Positions 11,861-24,707 of a stretch of 64,000 nt of DNA are shown piece by piece (within the stretch, counting starts at the first letter, position 1; each line of letters begins with the position of its first letter). The stretch is from sequence record NZ_CP041325.1; one strand, given 5' to 3'. Both the position numbers and the translations under genes were made by a program. The notes beneath the pieces are model-generated. The model saw only the letters and a list, made by a program, of their open reading frames with translations. It was not told where the DNA came from and made no database searches. Origin of the DNA: a plasmid.

Positions 11861-12143
11861 ACTCTAGAGATAGACTTTGTGGCTCAGTTTTAATGATTAC
11901 TGGACAAACTGCTTACCGATTCGCACCTATAATAATGAAGTGTATTGAAAATAATAGTTAATTATTTAAAAATTTAATTATTTAATAGAAAAAGTTTTAT
12001 TTCTTGCTATACTAAAAGCTAAAAGAAGAGATACATGGGGCAGAGAAACGGGGAGTGAGAATGCTTTTGAAATCAAAACACTTTAAAGAAATTATTAATC
12101 TACAAGTATTTTTAATACATCCTTTTCAAGGGAGTGAAGAAGT

Positions 12144-12281
12144 ATGGAGAACTTTTTAATTCTATTTTCTCCTTACCTCATTGGCTTAGCGCTATGCTTA
12201 GGAATCAGCTCGCTTATCGCAAGTATTTTAGAAAATAAGAAAAACACTAATTCAAGTAGAAAGAGGATATCATTATAAACT
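12144..12281 (+). CDS. small membrane peptide (45 aa)
   Basis: Strong RBS AAGGGAGTG. Hydrophobic core LILFSPYLIGLALCLGISSLIASIL. Confidence 0.3.
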
Positions 12282-12392
12282 ACCTCTTTGATAAGAAGAA
12301 CCGCGGAGAGAACGGGCAAACAATCATTAACGGAAATATTGGTTGAGTTGTATATTTGTTTGTCCGACTATCGCCTTGTGCTTTTGATCCGT

Positions 12393-12798
12393 TTATTTAC
12401 TCACTAACTCTTCAATGTATTCATAAGCAATTGCTTCATCTTCTGACTTGTAGAAAAACCCCTTGTACGTCATTGTATCCCTTGAATTGATGGTGAGGTC
12501 CTGGATTACTTCGCCTTTCTCGTCGAAAAAGACGGCGCGATAACTAAATGCGATATCCCCGATTGAGGGTGCCCTTTTGAAAAATGGTTTTGTTCAGATT
12601 GCTGACCAGATGATTAATCTCGCTTTCTTCGGTAATCTCCAGTAATTTTATTGAGTTCTCATCTGAAACAGCTATTTTGGAAACCTTTGCTGGCTCGATG
12701 CTTACAACTTTATGAGGGGCATAGGACCACGCAAAAGCCAACAGCAATAAGAATGGAACCGCTAGTACAACCCATTTGATCCACTTTCTTTTATTCAT
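12393..12798 (-). CDS. hypothetical membrane-anchored protein, one frameshift
   Basis: RBS AAGGAGG. N-term TM MNKRKWIKWVVLAVPFLLLLAFAW. Confidence 0.4.
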
Positions 12799-12928
12799 AA
12801 GAAAACCTCCTTGACGGATAGAGAGCGCTATAAATGTCAGCTGCCGCTTCTTAATCACTTCCTAGCATTCGAATGGAAAGTAAGGAAAAAGTAAACATTG
12901 CCGGTTGTTCAAAGGAATCGTGCAGAAT

Positions 12929-13490
12929 TCAGCAGCTAGCTTCATATAGGTCCGTTTCGGGTTTGGGGCAATAGGTTGCTTCGCTGGGCGGAAGATTTAA
13001 AGCAGTGGTGAAACGCTGGATCGGTCCAGGCCAATCAGTTTTCCAGATTTCCGAGTAGTGGTGGTTCGTATACGCAGCGATGACGTTTCGCCAAAATTTC
13101 TGTGCAGGAAGATTGGTTTCCAACTCCGCCACTTCCCATGTTCCAGGATAGAGATCAAACAAATACCAGGCAGCCTGTTTGCCGATGCCTTCCTTCCGGT
13201 ATTTTCTCAGGATGAAAAATTCGCAGATTTTGTAATAGGAGGAGGTCTGGAGCTCCGCCGAAGTGATTTCTCGTACCAAGGCGAATCCTGCCAGTTTTCC
13301 GTCCACTTTGATCAGAAATGGGAAGTGGCCAGAAACGCCAGTAATAGTCCAGATACTTGTATCCATATGAGCCTTCTTAGTTTACATCTTCCGATTCGAA
13401 TTCAGTGAACTCGTACTGGTACAACTCCAGCAAGTTGCGCAAAACATTCCGTTGTTCGATCGTTGGCTGCAAGATTTCTAGTTTCATCAT
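12929..13490 (-). CDS. GNAT family N-acetyltransferase, two frameshifts
   Basis: Acetyl-CoA motif FFILRKYRKEGIGKQAA. N-term MMKLEILQPTIEQRN... lies in a shifted frame. Confidence 0.6.
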
Positions 13491-13872
13491 ACGTCCTCCG
13501 TTCTAGTTATATACTCTTTTTCTTTTTACTACTGGTAGACTCGTTTGCCATTCCGGTTCTCAAAGAAAAATAGATACTTTTTCTAGAAAACCTTCCCCGA
13601 TGTTCGTTCAGTGAATGAAGTACGGCCAGCGGTAACGCCGGCAAAATCGCTCCTGTATGCGAATTTTATTGTTCTCTTTATTAAAGAAAGTTCAAGCTGG
13701 TCAGACCCAAAGAGATTCCAGTGCTTAAATATATCCCCACTATAAAGAAAGAAAGTGAAATCCAGATGAAAAAAACAAGAAAAAGGGGAAGAAATGCTTT
13801 ATTTTCTTCCCTTTTCTTATTTTACTAGTATCCCTGCTATTTTAACTAAGAAATGCCGAAAAAGTGATCCAC

Positions 13873-14420
13873 TCAAGGCTTAAAAGCTCTGTATGCCCTC
13901 AATGTTCCGACAATCGTCGAAAACTGCCTTGTCTCTTCAATGGCCACAAAACCGGTTTCCTTAAGCAAATCCGGGATGATGCCTTGAACATGCGGTGAAG
14001 TGGTTTCAAATCCGTCCATGAATTGGACAGGGAGAAAGGCCACGCGCATCAGCGCGTTTTGTGGCTTCTCGAAATCCAGGACATGGAATTGGCCGCCCGT
14101 TTTAAGGACCCGGCAAACTTCTTTAAACGTTTCCAGCTTCTTCTCCACAGTCAGATGATGGATGAACAGACTGGTGAAGACATGATGAAACCGGTTACTA
14201 GAAAAGGGAGCTGTTCCGAAAAGCCTTCCACAAAGTGGATCGATTCAGCACGGTTTTCTTTCATCTTCTTTTCGCAATAGCCAGGATTTCGGGATCGGCA
14301 TCGAGTCCCATTACATGCACGCCGGAGTGGGATTGCTGAAGCAAAAGGGCGAGCGTTCCAGTACCACACGCCAAGTCCATTGTCAGCTCGCCCGGTTGAA
14401 GGGCCGCCTGGTTGACCAGA
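13873..14420 (-). CDS. class I SAM-dependent methyltransferase, two frameshifts
   Basis: DLACGTGTLALLL motif I. ...LKTGGQFHVLDFE post-II. Confidence 0.6.
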
Positions 14421-14542
14421 TGTATTTTCATCTTTTTTCTTGCATGCCCCGTTCGATTAGCGGGTCATAAAACGAGTCAGCCAACGGTACTTGAGTGCCG
14501 GTATATAAGCTCTTTTCGGAGTTTCCTTCATAAAATCGTCTC

Positions 14543-15250
14543 CTATCGTAGACTGCCCTGGTCAGTAACTTCCACGATGAACGGAAAGGCGAGGACGCCT
14601 GTATCAGCGAAGTGGAACTCCGCCCATAATTTGTAAAATCCTGCAGACGGAAATCGGACTTGAAATATGGGATGGTCTTTGGATGATGGATGCACATGGA
14701 TAAATCGCTTTCCTTGCTCGTCCAGCACAACAACATGCCCCAACGCTCCCAAATACAGCAGAGGGATTCTCCGTTCAAATCAAAGACAGCGTAGCCGGTT
14801 CGCCGGCCGTCAATTTCGGATGCTGAAAAGTAACGGTTTTTCCTTGAATTTCTTTGGTCGGACGGTCACTTTTCACAAGCTTGCTGAAATCGTTAGCGAT
14901 GCTTTCGGTTTCTTCTCCGACCATTAGCAACACTGGCTCAATGACATAAATTCCTTTGATTGGGCTGATGTCTGCAAAGAGGAAATATCGGCCAGAGGGG
15001 AGGTTTACTTTCACTTCAAAATCTCCTGAAATTGTTTCTATCGGATGAACGTGTAAAAGGTCTCTAAGTCGGCACTGACGATTATCAAATGTAGACTCTT
15101 TTCATGATCCTTTAACAGCTCAACCGTCATGTCTTTCGCGTCGCGGACTTGAATCAGTATCCGGTCGGAGCGATAGACGGCATTCACATAGACGCTAGGT
15201 AGCTTGTAATTCATTTTATGATGCGAATGGTGTTCATGCTTCAAATGAAA
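14543..15250 (-). CDS. His-rich putative metal-binding protein (YtkA-like), frameshifted
   Basis: N-term KHEHHSHHK. Three consecutive ORF pieces on the same strand. Confidence 0.3.
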
Positions 15251-15269
15251 CGCCTCCTCTTTTAGGTGA

Positions 15270-16718
15270 GTCTATTCGGATTCAATTACAAATTCAATTG
15301 TCTCCCGGTCGGAAATCGTCGGAAGTTGATAGGATTGCTGGTAGTTTTCATGGCCTTTGCCGGTGATTACAACCCAATCGCCCGTCTTGCTTTCGTTGAT
15401 TGCTTTTGAATGGCGACTGTCCGATCCGGAATTATGCTTCCCTTTTCATTACCGTAAGTCTCATTTAGTCGTTTTAAGTCGTCCACCATCTCGATTTGCG
15501 ACACCGTGTTCAGGTCATCCAATGTCAAAATGTACCGGTCACTCCATTCTGCGCTTATCGACAGCATGGCGCTTCGCTTGCTAGGGTCCCGGTCCCCACG
15601 AAAGCCAAAACATGGATAATCCGTTTGGCGCCCTGTAATTTTACGGTTTCCAAGCAGTAAGAAACGGCATCCGGTGTATGGGCATAGTCCACCACGACGG
15701 TTGAGCCATTGGTTAGTTTGGAAACTTCAAAACGTCCTTCGACCCCTTGAAATGTGGAACGGAATCCAAAAGCTTTTCTTTGGGAATCCCCAGAAGCCGT
15801 GAAGTTCCATACGCCATCAAGGTGTTGTACATATTGTGCATGCCGTTCATCGCTGAGTCCATTTGGTACGTTTCGTTCCTTTCCTCCACCAGCATCGTGG
15901 AGGTCGTTGGGGTAAAGTAGACAACGCGCAGATCGCAGTCAGAGGACCTGCCAATCGCATACACCGATTTCCCTTCCCTTTGCAGGGTTTCCGTAAGCTT
16001 TCGCCCCACACATTATCCGCATTCACCACAGCGGTTCCGTTCGCTTTCAACTGATGGAACATCAAAAGCTTCGTCTGGAAGTACTCCGCCATGGAGCCGT
16101 GGTAATCCAGGTGCTCCGGATGAAGATTGGTAAACAAGCTGTAATCAAATGTAATACCTGCCAAACGGTGTTGGGCCAATCCGTGAGAAGAGACCTCCAT
16201 GATGATGACCTCATCGCGGCTGAGGGATAATAGCTTGTGCAAAGCCAGCGAACTGGGCGTGGTGTTGGCGCTTTTCGTCTTCTGACCATTGATCACATTT
16301 TGATGGTCCCGATGACAGCACAAGTCATCCCGTTGTTTTCTAGAAAATGCTGCAGCATGTAACTTGTGGTCGTTTTCCCATTGGTTCCTGTTATGCCAAT
16401 CATTACTTTCTCTTTGGACGGATGCCCATAGAAATTCCTCGCCATTATGCCAAGGGCTTTGCGGCTATTCTCCACTTGAAGATAAGGGATGGATAGGCCG
16501 GTGATTTCCTGTTCTCCCACGACCACTAAAGTGCCTTTTTCAATTGCTTGTTCAATATACTGATGGCCATCACTTTTAAAGCCTGCAATGGCGACAAAGA
16601 CGAATCCTGCCTCGACATCTCTGGAATTATCGGCAATGCCTTGGATATCTAACTCTAACGTGCGGGAATTCAACCGATTAATCAAATCAATTTCCTGCAA
16701 AAGTTGCCTTATTTTCAT
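15270..16718 (-). pseudogene. murE: UDP-N-acetylmuramoyl-tripeptide ligase MurE paralog, ~5 frameshifts
   Basis: DSRDVEAGFVFVAIAGFKSDGHQYIEQAIEKG, GITGTNGKTTTSYML, FTNLHPEHLDYHGSMAEYF. C-term ...GKGHENYQ. Confidence 0.7.
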
Positions 16719-16895
16719 TGATTGGGTAACCTCTCTCAAACAATTTAAATTCGATTTATTCTATAAGATGGATGTTGAGAAAGTGTGCAGAATTCAAACC
16801 AAGCACTCTCATAAGAAAACTTAATTTTCTTGTAACACAAATGAAGTCTATCGTTTTCTAGAGGGAACAGTAGCACGGTTTGTTCATTCCAATAA

Positions 16896-16927
16896 AACCC
16901 GAAATCTTATTGACAAGATTTCGGGTT
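16896..16927. terminator. strong hairpin (13-bp stem) downstream of the DUF305 gene
   Basis: AACCCGAAATCTT-attgac-AAGATTTCGGGTT. Confidence 0.5.
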
Positions 16928-16984
16928 ATACCGTTACTATTGGGGACATTTTGGTCTTCCTCTTCCATGTTGATTTTTAAAAAA

Positions 16985-17420
16985 TTATTCCTCGTTCTCC
17001 AGCTCTTCAATCAAACTTTTCATTTTCGCAATTTCTTCGCGCTGCGTCTTGATGATTGTATCAGCCAGCTCTCTTGCTCGTGGGTCTGAAATGTTGGCTC
17101 GTTCACTTGTCAGGATGGCGATGGAATGATGAGGGATCATTGCTTTCATCCATCCGGTATCCTCTATTAATATTTGGCTGCGGACGAGCCAAAGTGAAAG
17201 CGCAAATACTACCGCACTGCCAGCTAAAATCAACGAATTCACTTTTTATTCTTGTACATTGGCCACATGAATAACAGCATGACAATGGCCATGACAGAGC
17301 CCATAATCAGCGCCATATAGATTCTTGTTTCACTGAGTGTAATATGTTCGAATTGAAAACGTTTAAGAACATCAACCAATACATCAAAAGGTCGAAGTGA
17401 CAATCATGATTCCAAACTTA
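16985..17420 (-). CDS. DUF305 family protein, frameshifted
   Basis: MIPHHSIAI motif. N-terminal TM. Confidence 0.5.
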
Positions 17421-17722
17421 ACGTAACTGTTCATAAAATCCTCTCCTTATAGTAAAAGATTGATTTTACAAGAATGCCTGAACGGGATCGATGCCTTTCT
17501 TATCTGTTTACCATTTAAATTCCCATATAAACTCCATAGAAAATGCATAATTTACTGTAGAAGAAAGAATTACAACGAATTTTATCGTCACTCCATGCAA
17601 TTTTCGTCTGAAATATAAAGAAGCCGGCCAATCACCCTCAGATTAGCCGGCATCCTGCATATTTTCTGGTTTTGCATGATCGTCAGCACTTGGGAATCGG
17701 AGAAGCTACAGCTTAAGCTGGG

Positions 17723-18310
17723 TTATTTGGCTGATAATTCAGCTTCAGTTACCCATTTATGATTGGTGACCGGTTCGCCGCCAGTCGTCGGCGTGAAATC
17801 AACCATGTAGACAGTTGTTTCCTCGGCAGTATCAATCGTAGCTGTGGCACCGTCCATTCCTTCCATGTGATCGGCAGCGATTGTTGCTTCATCACCTGGT
17901 TTCAACGGTTGGTCTCCTGGATTTTCAAGTTCTTCGTGGATGACCCATTTGTGGTTTTCCACCGGTTCGCCGCCATTGGTCGGAGTGTAAGTGACGGCAT
18001 AAACAGTCGTATCGTAAGCTCCAACAATCGTAGCTTCCGCGCCTTTCATCCCTTCCATATGATCCGTTTCAATGATGGCTTGGCTTCCTACCTCATAGGT
18101 TGGACTTTCCGCTTCCTGTAAATCTGCTGGTACTTCTCCTGAACCGGAATGGTCCATATTCATATGCCCCGAATCCTCGCTCATGTTTTCTTCGGTTGCA
18201 TTATTCATATCCATTGATTCTTCACTCGTCTCGCTATCTGTATTGCAGGCGCTTAACGTGACGGCGACTACAAGTGACAGTATCCCCATCATCCATTTGT
18301 TTTTCGGCAT
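17723..18310 (-). CDS. DUF1541 (YdhK-like) lipoprotein with two repeats
   Basis: Lipobox LSAC. Duplicated DHMEGMxGAxATI...TVYxVxxTPTxGGEPVxNHKWV. Confidence 0.7.
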   Translation of the reverse strand: MPKNKWMMGILSLVVAVTLSACNTDSETSEESMDMNNATEENMSEDSGHMNMDHSGSGEVPADLQEAESPTYEVGSQAIIETDHMEGMKGAEATIVGAYDTTVYAVTYTPTNGGEPVENHKWVIHEELENPGDQPLKPGDEATIAADHMEGMDGATATIDTAEETTVYMVDFTPTTGGEPVTNHKWVTEAELSAK

Positions 18311-18550
18311 TGCGATCTCCTTCTTTCTACATTTGTCTTTAGATACTTTACCCCTTAACTTTGCATATTGTGTGCAGGAACCATGACATTTTCTTGTGCA
18401 AATGGTCTGGGCAGTGGATTATGGCAAGTTCGTGAACCACTAAGGGAAGTTCTCTATTCTATAGAAGAAACTGCACAAAAATCGAAACTTATTTAGTAAA
18501 CTGGTGGAGAAGAACATTTTCTAGAAAGAAAGAGCTGGAGGAATAGAGAA

Positions 18551-19440
18551 ATGAAGATGAAAAGAAAAGCGATCGGTGCACTGTTGGCGGTAATTATGTT
18601 GGCCGGCTGCAGCGGAGAGGATACGGGCTCTTTTGAGGCCCCGTACGATGGAGAAATGAATCATGTCCATGGAATGGGCTATGCGGGAAATGACAAAGGC
18701 TTGTATTTTGCGTCACACATTGGATTGAAAATCTACCGGGACGGTGAGTGGTTCGAAACAACGGATAATTTCCATGATTACATGGGGTTCAATGCGACAG
18801 ATGACGGTTTTATTACGTCTGGCCACCCGAGCGCAGATTCTGAGTTACCCAATCCGCTTGGAATTCAGCGCAGTGTGGACGGTGGAGAAACCCTTGAAGA
18901 AATTGCGTTCCAGGGAGACGGATTTTCATGCCATGGCTGTCGGTTACAATAGCCATGACCTCTTTTTGATTAATCCGGCTCCCAATTCCTTGCTGGAAGC
19001 AGGCGTTTATAGAAGCACGAAAAAGGGAGTCGTGGCAACCTGTAAAAGCTGAAGGACTGGAAGGCGAAGTGACAGGACTGGCTCTTCACCCGACAGATTC
19101 AGCTTTGTGGCGGCGGCTACTTCGACAGGCATTTATTTCTCGGAAGATGCAGGAGAATCGTTCCAAGCCCTTACGGCTGAAGGAGAAAGAGGGACCGCGG
19201 TGCATTTCACCGAGCAAGGGCTGTACTTCGGGAGCTTCGGGACAGCGGCGGCTTTGATGCAGTATACTGGTGAAAATGAGGCGTTGAAAAGACTGAACAT
19301 ACCGGCTCTTCCGGAAGACGGCATCGCTTTTATCGCCGTAAATCCGGCGAATGACCAGGAACTGGCTTTTACACGCTGCGGGCGATGCCTACTTCTCTGA
19401 AGACGGTACCCAAAGTTGAAACCGCTGCTGCAAAACAGCA
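18551..19440 (+). CDS. lipoprotein with Ycf48/BNR-like repeats (F510_1955-like), about 3 frameshifts
   Basis: Lipobox LAGCSG. Repeated GxYFxS/GLYF segments. Confidence 0.4.
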
Positions 19441-19555
19441 AAACCCAATAAAATACGTAAACTGGAAAGGGAAATATGTGAATTGAAACTAATGACTCAC
19501 AGGAAGGGACAGCATGCCCCTGAACCTGATGCGTTGAGGCTGGAAGAGGGTTGCC

Positions 19556-20922
19556 ATGTTCAATAAACTTGCTTTGAAAATCGGATTGCTGTTTTTTTGT
19601 CTTTATCATCCTCATCGAGTCGGTGTTGTTTTTGATCTTGTATGTCAACTACGTAGAGGAACGGGTGGAAGAAGTCATGTCCAATCTATTGGCCCGGGGA
19701 ACACGCACAGCGAAGTGCTGGAAGACAGCTTTGAATCCAGCACGTTGAACCATGTAGCCATGATGGAATTGGCTTCCGATTTCATTGTCATCATCACGGA
19801 TGCGGAAGGGAATGAGCTGACCCATTCCGATACGATTGAACCCGAAATGAGGGATGTGCTGCAGCACACTGATTTTGGCCAAGTTCCGCAAAAAGGAGAA
19901 ATCGTGGAGGATCGGTGGGATGAAAAACGGTTTATTGCGACCGACAGTCCCATTACGGTAGCAGGTGAACACCGAGGGCATGTATTTATGTTTGCTGAAA
20001 CCAACCACATCAAAGGGATAGTCGAACACCTTCGGAATCAATTTTTGTTCGTTGGATTGATTGCGTTCGGCCTTACCATTGCTGCAATTTTTATCTTGTC
20101 GCGCTTGATCACGCTTCCACTGATCCGGATGAAAGAAGCCACAGAGCAATTGAGCGAAGGCAATAATGAAGTCAGCCTTCATCTCGACCGGAATGACGAA
20201 CTGGGGAGCTGGCGAACGCCATTAACACCTTATCGACGGATCTGAATCGCTTAAAGCAGGCACGGAACGAATTCCTGGCCAGCATTTCGCATGAATTGCG
20301 AACGCCACTGACCTACATCAAGGGCTACGCTGACATAGCCGGACGTCCGGATACGTCTGATGATGAACGGCGGGAGTACATTGATATCATCCGGGAGGAA
20401 ACGACCCATTTGACGGAATTGATTCGGCAATTATTCGAATTAGCCCAGCTTGATCACAACCAGTTTTCCATCCGGAAAGAGCAGGTTTCAATCAATCGGC
20501 TGTTTCGTTCGGTTGCCGGTTTGGTCCGTCCCGCGTTCGATGAGAAACACATTTTCTTGGTCGTCCAGTGTCCTCCGGATATGACGGCATTCATCGATCC
20601 GAACGCTTTCAGCAGGTGCTGTTGAATGTACTCGACAATGCCCGGAAATACTCGCCGGAAGGGACGGTGGTGACGCTTCTCGCTGTGCAAGAGGAGGATA
20701 CGGTAGTGATTAGTGTCAGCGATGAAGGGAAGGCATTCCAGAAGCTGATCTTCCCTTTGTCTTTGACCGGCTGTACCGCGTCGACAAATCTCGGTCTCGG
20801 CAGCACGGCGGCAGCGGTCTCGGTCTTGCCATCGCCAAAGAAATCGTTGAGTCGCACAGCGGCCAAATTTCGATTCAAAGTAAACAAAGCAAAGGGACGA
20901 CGGTCCGTATTGAATTGACAAG
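19556..20922 (+). pseudogene. sensor histidine kinase (HAMP + HisKA + HATPase), about 4 frameshifts
   Basis: ELRTPLTYIKGYADI (H-box), LLNVLDNARKYSPEG (N-box), GGSGLGLAIAKEIVESH (G2) in shifted frames. Confidence 0.7.
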
Positions 20923-20931
20923 GGGATTCGT

Positions 20932-21600
20932 TTGCAGAAAGTGCTGTTGGTGGACGATGAAAAACGGATGCTGGATTTGGTGGCATTGTATTTAAAGCCC
21001 CACCACTATCTTTGTACAAAAGCGCTGGGACCTTTTGAAGCTTTACGCTATTTGGACAAAGAAACCTATGACTTGATACTCCTCGATGTCATGATGCCAG
21101 AAATGGACGGCTGGGAGCTATGCCGGGAAATCCGGAAAGTCTCGGATGTGCCGATCATTATGCTGACGGCTCGTGAGCAACAGGAGGACATTATTAAGGG
21201 GCTGAAACTGGGGGCGGATGATTACGTCACGAAGCCGTTCAATGAAGGGGAACTGCTGGCTCGGATGGAAGCGCTGCTGCGCAGAAGAGCGCCTAAAAAG
21301 CATTGAAGTAAAGGGCCTCTTCTGGGATGAAGACCGGTTCGAACTCAGCTATCAAAACCAATCCATCAAGCTGACACCGAAAGAGTTCCTGATGCTGGGG
21401 CAGCTGTTGAAAAATCCGGACAAAGTGTTCAGCAGGGACCAGCTGATCCAATTGGTTTGGGGATTCGATTCGGAAACGGAAGGACGGACCATCGATTCGC
21501 ACGTACGGAATGTTCGGGAAAAGATTCGGCAGGTCGGATTCCCCATCGATGACCATTTCCTGACTGTTTGGGGATTGGCTACAAATGGGTGAATGAGACA
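20932..21600 (+). CDS. OmpR-family response regulator, two frameshifts
   Basis: [12 protein letters not shown]...[14 protein letters not shown]. wHTH ...[13 protein letters not shown]. Confidence 0.75.
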
Positions 21601-21663
21601 GAATAACGCTCAAAGAAAGAACTCCCCACCGGAAATACATTTTCCGGCGGGGAGTTCATGTAA

Positions 21664-22009
21664 TTAGGCGATGTTCCGGCAAGCTTCTGCGCATCTGTGG
21701 CAAGCTTCCGCACAGCGTTTACAGTGTTCATGCATGTCTGCATGTTTGTCGCATTCATTGCCGCATGCTTCACAGATTTTCGCGCAAACAGCTGCCAGTT
21801 CAGCTACAAACGGCGAATTGCGGGTGATTGCGTGTTCCAAAATGCGCATATGTCTGCGCACTCCCGGTCGAGTCGGATGCAGTCAGCCAGCATTTTACGT
21901 TATCTTCCTGCAGGCAAGCGTCAAAACAGTGATTGCATTCCGCTGCGCAATCGTGCAAAGCCTGAATCAATTCCTGATGCTGTTCATGTGCCATGTGTAA
22001 AACCTCCAT
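21664..22009 (-). CDS. DUF326 (YhjQ family) Cys-rich four-helix-bundle copper-binding protein, frameshifted
   Basis: Repeated CxxxC motifs (CAAECNHCFDAC, CAKICEACGNECDKH, CKRCAEACHRCAEAC). Confidence 0.6.
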
Positions 22010-22213
22010 TTTAGTTTTGTCTCTTGTCTACTTCTTCCCTTTGGACTCGCCACTAAACGGAATTTCTTAAACTCCATAGAAACTGCACAATTTGATGCGT
22101 TTCCTCTATGAAACTGAATTTTCTCCATAATTTCTCGATAGTTTCTTTCTATAATCAACAGAAGAAGATTGGATTTTTCGAAACCGAAAAATTGATGGAA
22201 GAGGTGAACCGCA

Positions 22214-24303
22214 ATGGCGAAACAGGAAGAGCATCATCATCATGAACCGGCACATTCCAAGGACTACCCAAATCCTTCGGACAGGAAGCTTCAAGATGAA
22301 TCCACCATCCAGCCGAAACAGACACATCCGAAACATGGGAGCCACGGGCACCAGGGGCATTCCGGACATGGCGATATGGTGGCGGATTTCAAAAACGGTT
22401 CTTTATTTCTTTGATACTCACCATCCCGATTTTAGCGTTATCGCCAATGATTCAGCACTTTATGGGCGTTAATTGGCGTTTCAACAACGATCTTTATATC
22501 TTATTCGCATTATCCTCCATCGTCTTTTTCTACGGAGGCTGGCCATTCTTAACCGGCGGAATCCAGGAACTCAAAGAGAAGAATCCGGGCATGATGACCT
22601 TGATTGCGTTGGCCATCACCATCGCTTATGGATACAGCACCGTAGTGGTCTTCGGATGGGACGGCAACCAGCTGTTCTGGGAGCTGGCGACGCTGGTGGT
22701 CATTATGCTGCTCGGGCACTGGGTTGAGATGCGTTCCATAATGGGGGGCCTCCAATGCGTTGGAACAGTTGGTGAAGCTGATGCCGAGCGAAGCGCACAA
22801 GCTCGATGAACACAATCAGGTTCAAGACATCCCGTTAGCTGATATCCAAAACAATGATCGGGTGCTGGTCAAGCCGGGCGAGAAGATCCCAGTGGATGGG
22901 TTGATATTGGAAGGCAAATCGACAATCGACGAATCGATGCTGACTGGGGAATCGGTTCCGATTGATAAAGGAACAGGGGACAGTGTCATTGGTGGTTCGG
23001 TAAACAAGGAAGGCTCGCTCATCATCCAAGTGGAAAAAAACGGGGGAGGCTTCCTATCTATCGCAAGTCATCAAGATGGTCAAGGAAGCACAGGAATCCA
23101 AATCCCGGACACAGGATCTGACAAACCGGGCAGCCAAATGGCTCTTTTATTTGGCGCTGGCAGTAGGGTTTATCACCCTATTCGCGTGGCTGGCGTTCGG
23201 TTATGCGTTTGATGTCGCGATTGAACGCATGGTGACGGTAATGGTCATCGCATGTCCGCATGCGTTGGGCTTGGCGGCACCGCTGGTCGTAACGGTCTCC
23301 ACATCCATCTCCGCCAAGCAAGGGCTCTTGATCCGGAATCGCGCCGACTTCGAAGGGGCCCGAAACTTGGATGCCGTGGTGTTTGATAAAACCGGGACAC
23401 TGACGCTAGGGAAGTTCGGTGTCACAGATGTTGTGCCGATCGAGAATTATACCGATGAAGGAGTGCTGCAACTGGCTGCGGCCATCGAACAGAATTCCGA
23501 GCATCCGATCGCCGCCGGTATCGTAAATTCGACCAAAGAAAAGGGCTAACCATCGGAAAAGTAAGCGATTTTGAATCGATACCCGGTAAAGGGATTCAAG
23601 GAAATGTGAATGGCCAGAAAGTGAATGTGGTCAGCCCAGGCTATATGGACAGTCATGAACTTCGCTACAATCAGGAACGATTTGAACAGTTATCCGAAGA
23701 AGGGAAAACAGTCGTCTTTGTACTGGCGGAAGATCAACTAGCTGGAATGATTGCCTTGGCGGATATTGTCCGCGATAGCGCCAAGGAAGCTGTTGCTGCC
23801 TTGAAGGCGAAAGGCATCCATTCAATCATGCTGACGGGCGACAACCGGAAAGTGGCCAATTGGGTAGCGAAACAAGTGGCCATCGATGAAGTCTATGCGG
23901 AAGTACTGCCGAACGAGAAAGCCCATCAAATTCAGCAAGTCAAAGATAGCGGGCGCAGAGTGGCAATGACGGGAGACGGCGTGAACGATGCGCCGGCACT
24001 GGCGACAGCTGACCTCGGGATTGCCATCGGCGCAGGGACGGATGTCGCGATGGAGACAGCCGATGTGGTCCTTGTCCGAAGCGATCCGAACGATGTGGTG
24101 TCGCTGATCGACTTGTCGAAAAAGACGTACCGGAAACTGGTGCAAAATCTATGGTGGGCGACCGGCTATAATATTTTGCGATTCCACTCGCTGCCGGCGT
24201 CTTGGCTCCTTGGGGCATCGTGATCAGTCCGGCAATCGGCGCGGTCTTCATGAGTCTCAGCACCGTCATTGTTGCCATCAATGCCAAATTATTAAAAGCA
24301 TAG
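22214..24303 (+). pseudogene. copB: P1B-3-type (CopB-like) copper P-type ATPase with His-rich N-terminus, at least 5 frameshifts
   Basis: N-term EEHHHHEPAHS...HGSHGHQGHSGHG. TGESVP, CPH motif (IACPHALGLA), [23 protein letters not shown]. Confidence 0.75.
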
Positions 24304-24374
24304 AAGGAAGGATTTCTAAAAAGTGAGCTGCATAGATAAGGCACCCAGAGTCTTTTCAACTGGAGGAGAGGGAA

Positions 24375-24707
24375 ATGAAGATTCAAATCATTTGTGAAGC
24401 GTGTAAGGTAATTGACGAATTAACTCCATCTAAGAGAAACGGCGAAGTCGGCATCCACTCAGTCGAAAAGAATTTTCGGATAGGTGTGAGCTGGAAGAAC
24501 GAGGTCATCGAGAATTTTCAGGAAGAATTTATTAACGAATTGGGCAAAGCGACAAGCAATAAAGAACGAAGAGAACTCCTGGAGGACCAGATTACTGAAA
24601 ATGCGTTTTCAGAAACCATTGATTTTGAATTGAGCTTCACCTGCAAAGGCTGCGGAAATCGGATTACCTTGAATGACTTTCATTTGATTGACCTGATTGG
24701 ATTCTAG
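24375..24707 (+). CDS. hypothetical zinc-ribbon protein (110 aa)
   Basis: CEAC...CKGC pairs. Good RBS. Intact. Confidence 0.4.
   Translation: MKIQIICEACKVIDELTPSKRNGEVGIHSVEKNFRIGVSWKNEVIENFQEEFINELGKATSNKERRELLEDQITENAFSETIDFELSFTCKGCGNRITLNDFHLIDLIGF

Noticed and set aside
19133-20182. Minus-strand ORFs of 171/177/112 aa
   Set aside because: Antisense to the lipoprotein and histidine-kinase genes, low-complexity, no RBS.
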